Part shown: piece after piece, positions 1-12,873 of the stretch | Position numbering within the stretch: position 1 is the first letter of the stretch | How the letters are laid out: every line of letters begins with the position of its first letter | DNA from: Octopus sinensis | Taxonomy: Eukaryota | Length of the DNA stretch: 64,000 nucleotides | Direction of reading: 5' to 3' | NCBI RefSeq assembly: GCF_006345805.1 | Contig: NC_042999.1 | Span: forward strand, 171,120,001 to 171,184,000 | Notes under the pieces: model-generated | What the model saw: the letters and a program-made list of their open reading frames with translations, nothing else | Told to the model about the DNA's origin: nothing | Databases searched by the model: none | Made by a program: the position numbers and the translations under genes

Positions 1-229
1 TATATATCGTTATACATCAACATATATACGCTTATATACTTAGCTCTAAATATTTACCTACATACACATACGTTATATATGTAATTGTGTATACACACAT
101 ACACACATATATATACATACATACTTATATACACATATGTGTACCTGGTGTAGTACAGGAACACACACCACAAACACACACACACGCACACACACATGTT
201 TATATAATGCACCACACAAACACACCTAC

Positions 230-840
230 TCTTATACAAGAATGTTGTTGACAGTGACTTTGAAGTTTTGACCAGCTTAGCCATCGTCAGACTGTGGTGC
301 TTTGACGTTTGTCTTGCCTTTATATAGTTTTTATGTAGTCTCTGTTGTGTTAAGATCATCTTTGGGAGTGTGGGTGTGTTTAGGATGGCAATTAGATATT
401 TTCTTCCGTTGTTATGGAAAGATTTTTGGAAAATTTTTAGTTGATTTAATTTGGAGTTATGCCATTGTTTAGAAGTTTTTCATGTATCTACAAATCTGTA
501 AATTAGCTTGTAGGTCTTTCGCCGTTGGTAGGTAGGCACAAGGTGTGAAAGTATTTGTGTTGTGTTTTTGATATTATGTGATTTAATCCATTTGCTTTAA
601 CACTATAAAGGTCAAAAGTACAAAGTTCAGAATTTAAGCCTTTTGCAATTGAGTGTACCAACTTTTTTCCATAAATAAATGTAGGTAGGTGGTATGTTTA
701 GGCTATGCCTCTCTTTACTTGTTGTTATTATTTAAGGCATTTTTTGTTTTCTTTTCTAAGTTTTCTGTCAGGCATATCATGGCTTTGTTAATATAGAAAA
801 CATTTTTTCTTGTGAGAAAAACAAAAACCTATTTGAGTAA
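230..840 (-). mobile_element. Heavily decayed Penelope-like element 3' remnant (RT C-terminus-like pieces followed by a dead hammerhead)
   Basis: Minus-strand frames give broken PLE-like peptides (KLIYRFV...LKIF...FHNNG; IAILNTPTL). A hammerhead fold follows at 251-295, then a (CA/TA)n tract. Protein similarity is weak. Confidence 0.4.
251..295 (-). ncRNA. Degenerate minimal type I hammerhead ribozyme (G12 mutated to A)
   Basis: Minus strand reads ACAGT-CTGACGA-TGGCTAAGCTGGTC-AAAA-CTTCAAAG-TC-ACTGT. Stem I ACAGT/ACTGT and a GUC triplet are present, but GAAA reads AAAA. Confidence 0.6.
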
Positions 841-1389
841 AGGTTGTATGTTTATATGTTTCTCTGCAGGTGTCATTTATTCTATAAGCAATTTGATTAG
901 CATATATGCACTATATGTTCCGGCAATGCATACATAAGAATGGATTCAAAAATCGGTTAAAAGTAGCGCTAATGCTGTAAACACGTACTCAATGTATGTG
1001 CTTTGCTTGTCGGGTGTAGGCTACTCACTGGCGCGGTGGAGATGACTCCTTCAAACTTTCAGGCGTTACAACACCTGAAAGTAAAAGACAGGCGAGACAA
1101 CTTGATCCAAATCACCTTCAGGAGCGATGGACATCAATGTTTCGTCATATTTGGCTTATCAATATTACGTATCTAAACCGATTTGGAGGCGAACTGAATG
1201 GCTAGTCCATGGCGATATACAAATACTATAAAAACCATTTGCTAGTATGCACTGATGATTCATACATAAGAATAAATTCAAATAGGAATTAGACGCAGCA
1301 CTCGTGGTCAGTTCGCTTCTAATTTGGTTCAGGTATGTGATGTTGATAATCCAAAAATTGGCGCTTCTGGGTAGAATAGAATTCGGGGC

Positions 1390-1610
1390 GAGTTGTGTCG
1401 CTGTCTATGACTTTCAGTTGTCTGAGCACCCGCCGCTTTTTTGCTGGCGCACAAGTCCAGGCAGGCAAATCCACTGTGAAGTTCACGATGATCTGCTGTT
1501 TCGACAGCAAGGGTATCATTCATAATCACTGGGTTCCCTGGCCAGACAGTCAACAACGAGTACTTTGTGAGAGTTTTGATGGAGTTTAGGAGGCGATTTA
1601 GTCACAAAAT
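1390..1610 (+). pseudogene. Mariner-type transposase remnant
   Basis: The broken translation KSTVKFTMICCFDSKGIIHNHWVP-GQTVNNEYFVRVL matches the mariner catalytic-domain segment (KxMxxxFFDxxGIxxxxxVPxGQTVNxEYYxxVL). Confidence 0.7.
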
Positions 1611-4299
1611 TTCAGAGCAGAAGCAGAATACTTTGAATTAGCAAATGCTTTAGTGTGACGTGCATCCCACATATTGATGAAATATAGTTTGTGATATTAA
1701 ATACAGATAGTTATTCTTTCTAAAATTACTGGGATGGATTGAATGTGTAGTCATTCTGGATGTTTTTCTTATGTTTAAATCTATTTGTTTTTGTGAATTA
1801 CATAATCAAATAGCAAAAATAAATGGCTTTAACAGAAATGCTATTGAAAATGCAAATTCACTTGCATAAATCGGAGAAGTATCTACACATAATATTTTGG
1901 GGGAAATATCTACGGCATGAAGTCTATACCATACTTTTGCTTGTCTGAGTAGCACTTTTTTCTATAAAATGTATATACCTTATCGCATCACTCAGGCAAT
2001 GTTTCTTAGCTGTTTGTTATATGAGACATGTTTAATATGTTTCCGGAACTGATAATAAATGTTCTTATTATTACTTTCGGTGATTCTTGTTGCATTGTTA
2101 GAATACTTGCTTCTTCACTTGGCTCAAAGTATGGGTGATGTCTATATGTGTTTAGATGCGGTTTTAAGTGAAATATTTGAGGAAAATTCCCCTATAAACT
2201 ACTATATTTGCAAATTTCTCTTTTTGAGAGCAATATGAACAGCGACGGTACCACAGTTCTAAAGAGCGAGGAATTTATTCTGTGGTATATATAAGCTGAT
2301 GTTTATTGAAAGTGTTAACACGACTGAGTCAGAGATACCTGGAGCAAATGGCAAAGCTGTCCTCCGTCTTTATTGTTTTAATAACTTGATTAGGTATAAG
2401 TCGATAAAATCTGCTATCCAGGTTATAACAGTTGCATATAAATGCACTTAAAAGTTCATTTCCATATGTTTTCATTATCAAAAGTAATTCTGATGGAATA
2501 TAAATGAATTTCCTCTGTTCAACTATGATATTAATATTCGTGTCAGCTACAAGGAGGCGAGCCGGTAGAATCATTAGCATTCCGAGTATTCAAGACTATC
2601 TTACTTCAAGTTTACTTTTCATCCCTGTCGGAGTTGATAAAATAGGTACCAGATGTGCACTGAGGCTGATGAAATCGAATAACCCCCTTCACAAATATGC
2701 CAGGCCTTATTCCTATAGTAGAAAGTATACAATGGCAAACGGTCCTCTGTCTTTATTGTTTTTTGTTTTATATTAATTAAATGTAAGTCAACAAATTTGG
2801 TATTGTTGATAAAATAAAGGACTAGTTGAAAACTGGACTCCATGTGATCGACTTAACTTCTACTCGAAATTTGCAACTGATATTAGTGTTGGCTTAAAAG
2901 CAGTGAGCTAGGAGAATGATTAGAAAGCTTGGCTAAATGATTAGCGGCATTTCGTCGGTGTTTAATACTGAAATCAATGCAATTGAGGTTTTCTCTTCCC
3001 CGAAATTGCTGGCCTTTTGCTAAAATTTGAAACCTATATTAGTGGCGGCTATCACTACATATGCATATTTATTTTTTCAAAACCTGGAGATAGGTGAAAC
3101 TTTTGACAAGTAAATTGTTACTCTCCTAGAGTATCAAAATGGATAAATTTGCAAATTAACTACTTAACATTGGGGTTAGGCAATTGTTTGATTTTCTCTC
3201 TTTCACATTTTGTTTTGTTCCTTTACTTTCTTTTACATTTTTGTAAAATATAGTTTCGCTGAGTAAGTTTGGTAATTTATTATTAATAAAATTTCTGTTC
3301 ACTAATAGTAATTATACAATCTTCTTTGTTTCACTGCGTTGTTAAGTCTTTTACTTTGTTGCTTGATACGTTGAAAGTATTTAGATTAGTTTTTGAAAAT
3401 ATTCATTCACTGTAATAACCAACTATAGCTCACAGCTCACTAGCTCTCAAACTTATATAGCTCTAGGATCTCCTCTACCCATAGAAATATATTCTTGGAA
3501 TTTTTAAGAATGATATATCCTCCTTTAACAGTTTTATAGAGTATGATAATCAAATCATACCTTCTATCAATTCAATTGTAAAAGTTTCTTTATATTTGTA
3601 AATACAAGTAGGAACTTTTACACTTTTAGAAACTGCATTTATCTAGGTATTTTTAAGAACATTTACTAAAGGTGGATGCCTTCTTTGGTGTCTTTTCTAA
3701 CACTGATTTCACAATTACTCGCTTGGTGTAACGCTACTTCGGCCGTGGCAAATTATTTCACAGAGCGTACATTTTTATGTGCTGTTTATCTTGTATTATG
3801 TTCCGAACTCATTTAAAGTAGCTAGCTAATTGCATTCAACGTATTTATCATTGATAATTCTGAGATCCGGTCGAGTATTCCATGAAAATGTGGGTATTCA
3901 ATAAGGAAGAAAACTAATATAATATTTCAAAATTATTCTGCAAATTTAATTTAATTGTTCCTCTTGAAATTAGTGACCCCCAAACAGAAAGCATATTTAG
4001 AGAGATGCCAGGAGCTTCTGTAATTGCTAATTGTGACTATTCGGTGTGAAGAACATTCAGGTGAATACTTTTTTGACTTTTGTTTTTCTTCAGCAATAAA
4101 TGGTTACAGCAATGCATAGTTACAGAAAACACACCAAAACTGATATTAGGACCTACTGAATAGAAAACAAATTAGCAATCCAAAATGACATTAGTCTTTT
4201 TCTAAAAGTAAATAACTGCAATAACAACTTAATTCAACACGAAACCTGAAAGATGTCGCTGTGGTCATTACAGAAACAACCAAATGTCCAGAGGAAGAT

Positions 4300-5550
4300 G
4301 TTAGTCATGAAATCCATGGAATATAAGAAATAGCAAAACATTGAGGGTACTTTTCTGTAGAGTACATTTATTTCTCACAGATGTATATCATGACAACAAA
4401 TAATATAATAAACAATATAATGAACACAAAAGCAGTAATATATTTATGAAACCAGTAAAAAGCAATACGTGTATATCAACATATCTAGAAGGAAACGCAT
4501 GCATAATACTTAAAAACGCGCATAATATAAAAGAAGAAAATATGTCGAATAAAATTTTAAAATGAAAAGAACAGTAAAAACGTTTGTCAGTGGGAAAATG
4601 AAATGAAATTTAAACAAGTGTACTAAGATTAAAGGGAGTGGGAATATATCAAAAATAGCACTTCCCAACATGTTGAAAGATAAAATGAAAAATTTAAATA
4701 ACTTAATCCAAGAAATTTACCGCAACTCTAACAACGAAAAAGATAAAACATGTTTGAAACACAAATACTATTCAACACTTGGCATAACTTACAATGTATA
4801 TAAGATAAAATGCTATGTAAAAATAGGAAGATGATCTACAGAGAACGAAGCTAGCGGAAAATAACAATAAAACTGTTTGCAAAATGAAAATATACAAAAT
4901 AATAGGAACATTTTTCAAAAGAGAGGTTTTATAATTAATAGGCCACAAGATGTGGTTAAAGATATAAAGCAGCTGAAGACATTACATAATGAAAATGGAA
5001 AAAAAGAAATTGCATTCTCTTGGGCTTGACAAGCTCCAAAAACTTTGGCTTGTTCTATATTATTCTATATGCATTCCGCATAACAATAAAGGAGAGCAAT
5101 AAAATTCTCGAGTGACTAATACAAGGACATACGGCAATTCAACTGAGAACTGATAAGGCTGAGATTCATGGAATTTACCAACTTATACTGTACTTTGCAA
5201 CAAATAAAAGATACTGAACAAAATAAAATAATGAAGAAAATACTCAGATACAATTAATTTATATATAATCCTACCTACTAAAATTAGAAAAACAAAGTTT
5301 GGAGATAAGAAACCTATGTATACAAGGATTACAACTTATATTAAACAACAATATAACAAAGGAAGTGCATATATAATGCATCAGTGAGAGTTATAAGCAA
5401 AATTATTTCTGTGTAATCCACCTTTGAACTGATAGAAAATCAGTTTGTTCGTGCTATGTTTGAATGTTTGGATCAAGAATCTCAGCCTTGATTAGTTCTT
5501 TTTGCAAAGCATGTGACAATCTTAGATTTTTTTTTGTAATCTTTGTTGCT
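4300..5550 (+). pseudogene. Very decayed R4/Dong-like non-LTR retrotransposon fragment
   Basis: A-rich coding-like strand with stop-ridden peptides resembling the pre-RT region of the Dong-like copies at 7.7-11 kb (NKLF...; WIKNL). Confidence 0.3.
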
Positions 5551-5559
5551 CCAGGTAAA

Positions 5560-6080
5560 TTATCCCTGACTCAGTCACGTTTACACTTTCAATAAGCACA
5601 CGCTTACAAGCTTATATAGTACCGTAGAATAAATTCCTAGCTCTTTAGAGCTGTGGTCCTGTCGCTCTTCATATCGTTCTCAAAACATCGTGTGGCTCTT
5701 GCTGCCTTTAGACAATCTAGGGTTTTGTCCACAGTGATATCACCGACAGCTGAGTGTTTTCATTCTTTTGATGATGGTGTTCGGTTCTACATTTCTTGTC
5801 CATGAAACACTGTTGATAGAGCGTTTGTAACCACTAGATATATTATTGCTTTTAGTACTGCTGAGGCTACAGTTAAGTACGTTGTTGGCGTGGATGTTGT
5901 TTTTACTGCTCCTGCATCGTCTCTCTTTGAATGACGCCCTGAATGAATACAAGTTGTTTTCACTGAAGTGGATCCTCTCATTATGAGCTTTACTTACACC
6001 TAATTTGCCACCACCATAATTGAAATTGTGAAATTGAATCAAATATGTCGGGCCCTCTTCAACTAAACCGGGGACCACAC
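5560..6080 (-). mobile_element. Probable decayed PLE 3' end; related inverted copy at ~2234-2345
   Basis: Minus strand ATGAAGAGCGACAGGACCACAGCTCTAAAG resembles an eroded CTGAAGAGC...GCTCGAAA core. A diverged copy lies on the plus strand at ~2234-2345. Confidence 0.3.
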
Positions 6081-6240
6081 ATAGCTTACACAGTGAGGAG
6101 GGTGTTTTTTTATGCTACTAAGCCACTCTGTAGGATAGAAACCATGACCTATCTAATGGCAGATGAACAATGAGGAGCCAACGGCCATCCATATAGCACT
6201 TCTGTAATACTACTGTCGATGGAGCCATTGATGCCCAGTA

Positions 6241-6364
6241 GTAGTAGAAGTAGTAGTAGTAGTAGTAGTAACAACAACAAAAATTAAAATTGTAATAATA
6301 GTAATAATAATAGTAATAATAATGATAATAATAATAATGATAATAATAATAATAATAATAATAA

Positions 6365-6411
<47 letters not shown>

Positions 6412-6414
6412 ATT

Positions 6415-6472
<58 letters not shown>
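6241..6472. repeat. Compound (TAG)n/(TAA)n microsatellite
   Basis: Seen directly. It explains the poly-Y/I/T/L/V ORFs in the track. Confidence 0.97.
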
Positions 6473-6476
<4 letters not shown>

Positions 6477-6630
6477 GGGCACTGCACACATCCTACGCAA
6501 AACACTTTCAATACAGTAACCATCAGAGCATCACAACAAATCACAACACATACCCAAGGCACACAGAGCTGCACTCGGTAGTGAAGTGAAAGCACGCTAT
6601 AAAAATAAAATTACTAAATAATAATAATAA
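6473..6630 (+). mobile_element. 5'-truncated 3' end of an R4/Dong-type LINE inserted in (TAA)n
   Basis: Encodes LGTAHILRKTLSIQ*, the same C-terminus as the copy at ~12.2 kb, followed by a short UTR. (TAA)n lies on both sides. Confidence 0.75.
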
Positions 6631-6639
6631 CGGTTTCAG

Positions 6640-6830
6640 CAGCAATTATGGGAAAGGGGATGAGTCGATTGCATCAACCCTAGTGTTCAAATGGTACTTA
6701 TTTTATCGACCCGCAAAGGATGAAAGACAGAATCGACATCGGTGGAATTTGAACTCAGAACGTAGCGGCAGACGAAATACCACTAAGCATTTTGCCCGGC
6801 GTGCTAACAATTCTTCCAGCCCGCTACCTT
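6640..6830 (-). mobile_element. tRNA-type SINE (family A)
   Basis: Head ...GCTGGAAGAATTGTTAGCACGCCGGGCAAAATGCTTAG, B-box-like GAGTTCAAATTCC and body CTTTCATCCTTTGCGGGTCGATAAAATAAGTACC, shared with at least 6 other copies in this window. Confidence 0.85.
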
Positions 6831-6859
6831 ATAATGAATCTTCTGCAAAAAAAGACAGC

Positions 6860-9800
6860 AGAAAACATCATCGCGGGAAGATGGGGATAAACCTTGGACA
6901 TAGAGAAGAAAAGACTGCTATAGAGGAAGAAATAGGTTTACCACAACATCTGGATGAGGTGCGAAATAGCGAAAGAAAGAGGTTACCACCTCTGGTAAGA
7001 ATCGAAAGAGGAATATTATATAAAGCAGTGAAATAGATGGGCAAACCTGTAACGAAAATCTACATCGAAAAAATAACAAACCCAAACGACATTAAATACT
7101 CGCAGACTCTGTCGCTGAGCAAACCATGCGGTTAAAGTAAAAGAAAAGCAAACGACGATTCTCCATGATGGAAATGAAATTTTGAGAACCAAACTGAATC
7201 GCTCAAGTGATGTAATCACAGATGAGAGTTAAGGAAAGACATGGGAATGCAACATAAAACGATCGAATGTAAGTAGTTAACGAATAGCGAAGACAAAGAA
7301 TCAAAGGCAGATGCTAACCCACTAGGAACCGAGATCTCTACAACAGCGAAAGAATTTGAACGTGACTACACTGAACGCGAAGAACAAAAAAGCAAGATAA
7401 GAACCGATTTGCAAAGAACTAGCAACTCTGATGATAGTATACATTACTTTCTGGCAGAAAGATTGTTACTGAGGAATAAATAGGTTTACTACAACACCCG
7501 TATGAGGGGCGAAATAGTGAAAGGAAGTAAAAGGACTTGGGTGGTAATGGAAAGCCAGTAGAAAACACTAGGAGTTGTGAGACCTCACGCACAGAGCCCT
7601 CTTTATGAGAGTAACACCAAATAAAACTCCTCACAACTGTGTTCTTGTAACCCGAAACAGAGTGAAGGCCTCTCACAGAACAAGAGCCCCACTATGCAGC
7701 AGTCTGAACCTGGTCATTGTCCAAATACTTCTACAAATATCACAAGAATATGGACTCAAACGACAATGAAACAGTGATGGAATGTTGTTATAGAAACGAG
7801 CCTACCAAAATAGGATACCGGGAAAGAATACATACAATTTGGACAGAAAAGGACATGTTCGCTTTCACGGAGCAAAAACTTCTTGATCCAAAAAATTTAA
7901 TTGTGGAAGGCAGTTGCTATCCTACTAAGAACAGGAGGAAATCTCCAAAATAGCGAAAGAATTTGAACGTGACTACGCTGAACGCGATGAACAAAAGCGT
8001 AGGATAAGAACAAGGATTTTCAGAGAGACCAATAAATCCCAACAAATGAACCAGCTACTCTCATGATAGTATATTTTACTTTCTAGCGGAAACGACTGTT
8101 ACAGAGGAAGAAATAGGTTTACCACAACATCTGAATGAGGTTCGAAACAGCGAAACAAAGAGGTTATCATCTCTGAGAATAATCGAAATAAGAATATTAT
8201 ATAAAGTAGTGAAATAGACTACTGTAACGAAAATCTACATCGAAAAAATAACAAATCTAAATGACATTAAATACTGAGCAGCCTCTGTTGTTAAGCAAAC
8301 TCATGCGATTAGAAGTGAAAGAAAAACAAACGTCAAATCTCCATGATGGAAACGAAAGTTTGAGAAACAAACTGAATCACTCAAGTGATGCATGCCATCA
8401 CACAAGAGAGTAAAAGAAAGACGAACTGAAATGAGAATGCAACATAAAACAACGGAATGTAAGTAGTTAAATAATAGCTAAGACAAAGAATCAAAGTAGT
8501 GTTAGGATATTAAAAAAACATACCAATAAAGAACAAGTCATTACCAGCAGAAAAGACTACAAGAACAACGAAAGAAAATTCTATACACAACTAAATAATG
8601 ACAAGAAGCATCAAGGAAATGACATGGTAAATGCTGAAGCAGTAAAGAAATTCTGGACAGAAATTCGGTGCAAAGGCGTTCAACGTAATATGAAATTAGA
8701 CTGGTTACGGGAATCTAAACAAGAAGTGAAAGCTGGAACGACACAAGAAATTATAGTAATCAGGATTAAGAAAGAAAAAGGGATGCTTAAGAAAACATCA
8801 AATAGTAAAGCCCCCGAATAAGAAGATCTCCAGGATTTCTGGCTCAAGAATCTCCTACATTTGCACAGTTGTATACAACCATTTTCTTTACTGGCTGCAT
8901 AGAAAATGTAACCCTAACATGCATGATAAAAAGAAAGACACTGTGTTGCTACAAAATATCAAAGAAAAGAGAGAAGTTAGCTTCTACTGGTTTACTATTA
9001 CTCTACAAGCTATTAACTGGACTTATAGCGGACATAGTTTTCAGGCAAAGGAACATGTTTTGCCAGCGAACACAAAGCAATTAGGAAGAAATAAGGGGAA
9101 CTGCTTATTTCCTGTATATAAATAGCAGAATATTAAATGATGTAAGGGCAAGAAGGAAGAATTTAGCTGTCGGTTAGGTAGATTGCAAGGTTTATTATAA
9201 TGTCCCACACATATGGCTCTGAGTCTCTGAGGATGCTTGGAATCAATCAGAAGATAAACAACTTATTGTAGAAAAAAATGAAAGTATGGGAAGTAGAAAT
9301 GACATGCAAAGAAATCTAGGCAAAGTGAAAATATGCAAGAGCATTTTCCAAAGAGAGGAGGAAATTGTATTCACCAAATTCAAAATGCGATTACGTCACC
9401 TCGGAGAAATCGTAAGCGAAGGCAAGACAAAATCCTGGAAGTGGCCAAAGAAAAGTGAACTGAAAGGATGCACCGAGGAATTGATATGCAGTGCAGATGC
9501 ATCGGTTTTCGATGAACTTCCTACAGGGGTAAATGTCAAGACGAAAGAAGCTATAAGAATGAAGCAAAAATATAAAATTAAGCATTTTAAAAAGCTCTCT
9601 GCAACCAAGGAACAATTGAAACAACGAATACAACAGAAAGCCCAACGGCTTAGAAGGTATGACAAACGAATAAAATTTTATTGACAAAACAAGATATTCA
9701 AGACAGATAGAAAGAAATTTTATAGGGAAATTGGCATGAGCAAGATAGAAGTTAAGGAGCAATCTAAGACTTAGGAAATGGAAGAGTTGTAGAAAAAGAT

Positions 9801-12440
9801 ACGGAGCAACAGATCATGATGCTAAAGCTAATTAGACAGACCGTGAGAAAGTGAGACTGGATGAAGTTGAAGAGCAGAAATATGAGGCAATAGGAGAACA
9901 CACAGACACAGCCGACGTCGTCACTTTAACCAGACTGTGAGCACTTCGTCGTGTTATAGCAAAAAGGTACACTGGTGACCCCTGCGCTACAAAATAACAA
10001 AAAGTAGAACAACTAAACATCACACAGACGATAAATATTGACCAGTGTAAACGTCTCACCACGCTACAAAAAATTAAATAGCTCTATCAAAGAATAAATA
10101 GATACAACAGAGCCTAACAAGTAATAAATATACTAGTTATCAACAAACTAAAAGGCTTAACAGCTACAGTCATATTCAGGGAAACTGGACCTGACCCTTA
10201 CGGAGGAAAATAATCCCAGCTAAATCTCATACCCCAAAATGGAAACAAATCCTAATGAATAAAATTCAAAGACAAAAGAAAGATTTATCACTACATTGTG
10301 AACTAGTGAAAGCGGGACCAAACATGAAAAATAAAAATGGCCTACATCGCTACTCAATGCAGCATAAAAAATAAAGAAGACACTTTGAAGGTAAAAGAAA
10401 AAATTAAGCAGAGCATAGCAGCAAAAATATGCCGCGTAAAACGGTTTTAAAAACGGGAATGCTTCTTCCAACAAAATAGAGAATTCAAAATAAGCATAAA
10501 ATGTTTGTACAGAAAGTTAACCAAAGAAACTATATCAATAGATGCCATGCCAACAACATCAGCGATTCAGTCATACTGGGAAACAATATGGAGCAAAACA
10601 GGAAAACCCCACAAAAATGCTCATTGGATTAATAGGGAAAAGGAAAGGAAGAACAAAATAAAACCACAAATATAGCCCACCATCACAGGCCAAATGATCA
10701 CGGAAATACTGAGAAGTACCAGCGACTGGAAAAGTCCAGGGATAGACAAGGTCCACAAATTCTGGTTGAAATATTCCCAGTACTCATAACCACTTAGCAG
10801 CAGCAGTCGATTTATTGATAGGTGAGTCAGAATCAACACCAAACTAGACGTTGGGAGGACAATCTACCCTAATTCCCCAAAGCAAAGACACCGTACACCA
10901 CAAAATTACACACCAATAACATGCCTATCAACATCCTACAAAAGCCTAACATCAGCCATCTAAAACCGGCTAATAAAATACTTGGAAAATAACAATGCTC
11001 TACCAGAAGAACAAAAGACGTGCCAGAGAGGGATGTATGGCTGTAAGGAGTAACTTCTGCTAAACCGATGACTGTAAGAGGAGAAAAACAAACCTGAACA
11101 TGACTTGGGTTGATTACTAGAAAGCATTCGACAGTGTTCTATCCTCGTTGATACTGGAATCTCTCGACACAAATAATATAGCCTCACCACAACTAAAATA
11201 TATGAAACATTCAATGGCAAACTAGAAAAAACATTGAATGTTTAATATATTTTAGTAGTGGTGGAAAACCTGTATAACATTAAAAAATGACTTGAACAAC
11301 ACGACAAAAATAAAAAGCTTTTCTGTATATACAGAGAGGCGATGAAATACAAAACAGAAACAAACTACACTGAAATGATCAAAGAGACAAAAAACATGAA
11401 AACAATATTACAAATCATACAGACGAAGAAAAGGTGAGGAAAATCACTCTATGACCATTACCCCGCAAGGCTTGACAGAAAGGAAATGAGCCTAAGTGAA
11501 AGCCAACAATGGCTCAAATGCTGAAGACTAAAAGCTGAAACGGAAGGACTGATTCTCGCTGAACAAGACCAATGCTTGACTACAAACAATTATAACAGCA
11601 AAATAATGAAAACAAGCCCTAACACAAAAAAACAGAATGTGCAACCATAACAATGAGACAGTTAACCACATAATCTCGTGCTATCCAGTCTTTGCCAAAT
11701 CTGAATATACATATACAGACACATCTGAGTAAGTAATTATATCCACTGGACAATATGCCAACATTACAATATTAAGACTGACAATAGGTGATACAAACAT
11801 GTGGCAAACAAGCTACAAGGCAACGAATAGTCCACAACAATCTGGGATATGCCGGATCAAACCGACAAAGAAATGAAAGCTAATCACCCAGGCAAAATAA
11901 TTAAAGATTGGGAAAACATCTGCTTACTGATTAGATATTGCAGTCTCTTCTGATCAGAATATTGTCCAAAAAGAAGTGGAGAAATTGTCAAAGTACAAAG
12001 ACCTCGAAATTCAAGTATTCAAGATATGCGGCGCGGCAGGAATGTGAAAACAATACCAATAATAATTAGAGCACTGGGCATAATAAAAAAGAACATATGA
12101 ACAAAAACGTAGAAGCTATACCTGGATCTTCAGCAATCCACCATCCAAAAAATAGCACTGCTAGGAACAGCCCACATCCTACGTAAGACACTAACAATTC
12201 AATAATACAACCTGAAAAAAATAACTCACAAACACAAGACACACTTCATACGACAATTATCCAGTGAAATAAACTTCCACCAGCAAGCTTGATAACCAGC
12301 GTATTACACACTCAACACCTAATACAAGCAGTAATACAACAAAAGACTGCACCACACCGCAAGTGGACAAAAACTAACGCAATACAATACCAGGAAGAGC
12401 TTGTGCACTCCCAACAAAAATGAGATGTAGCAGCTGATGG
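6860..12440 (+). mobile_element. Composite of several decayed R4/Dong-clade (RLE) non-LTR retrotransposon copies
   Basis: N-terminal MECCYRNEPTKIGYRERIHTIW. QRLRRYDKR...NKIFKTDRKKFYRE. Two separate RT N-terminal blocks (KAP...FWLKNL at ~8.8 kb; KSPGIDK...NYTPITCL...LPEEQK...WVDY*KAFDSV at 10.7-11.2 kb). CCHC finger (MCNHNNETVNHIISC). RLE endonuclease (DIAVSSDQNIVQKEVEKLSKYKDLE). C-terminus LGTAHILRKTL. Many stops and frameshifts. Confidence 0.85.
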
Positions 12441-12529
12441 AGTAGAACAATTATGTTATTTTAATAACAATTATATTATAATAATAACAATTTGAAAAAC
12501 TATCGAAATATAAGGATCGACGTTGCAAT

Positions 12530-12690
12530 TAAAAATCAAAATCGGCCCTATCATTGTAGGCGCCCTAGGAATGATTACGAAACGTAGCGACCAATTTTTT
12601 CACCAGAGCCCTGGGAATTTGGCAATGTAATGAGACTCAGGAAAATTGTGTTGACATCAAATGCCCACATTCTCAGGTAGTTTCTCTCCA
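12530..12690 (+). pseudogene. Further R4/Dong 3'-end fragment
   Basis: PIIVGALGMITK...IVLTSNAHILR, upstream of a (TAA)n/(TGA)n tract. Confidence 0.6.
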
Positions 12691-12742
12691 TAATATATAT
12701 AAGACCCGGCCGGAGATGAAATAAAATGCAAATCAATGGGAA

Positions 12743-12744
<2 letters not shown>

Positions 12745-12807
<63 letters not shown>

Positions 12808-12873
12808 TGATGATGATGATGGTAATGATGATGAGGATGATGATGATGGTAATGATGATGATGATGATGATGA
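12745..12873. repeat. (TAA)n-(TGA)n microsatellite
   Basis: Seen directly. Confidence 0.97.

Noticed and set aside
4970-5005. CTGAAGA...GAAA hammerhead-like spacing
   Set aside because: No stem I or stem III/cleavage triplet pairing. Other isolated CTGANGA hits (~1250, 13641, 33724, 57443, 63787) fail the same test.
6118-6595. ORFs encoding poly-Y, poly-I/T, poly-L and poly-V
   Set aside because: Translations of the (TAA)/(TAG) microsatellite. The same applies to the many IYIY/CVCV/HTHT ORFs throughout the track.
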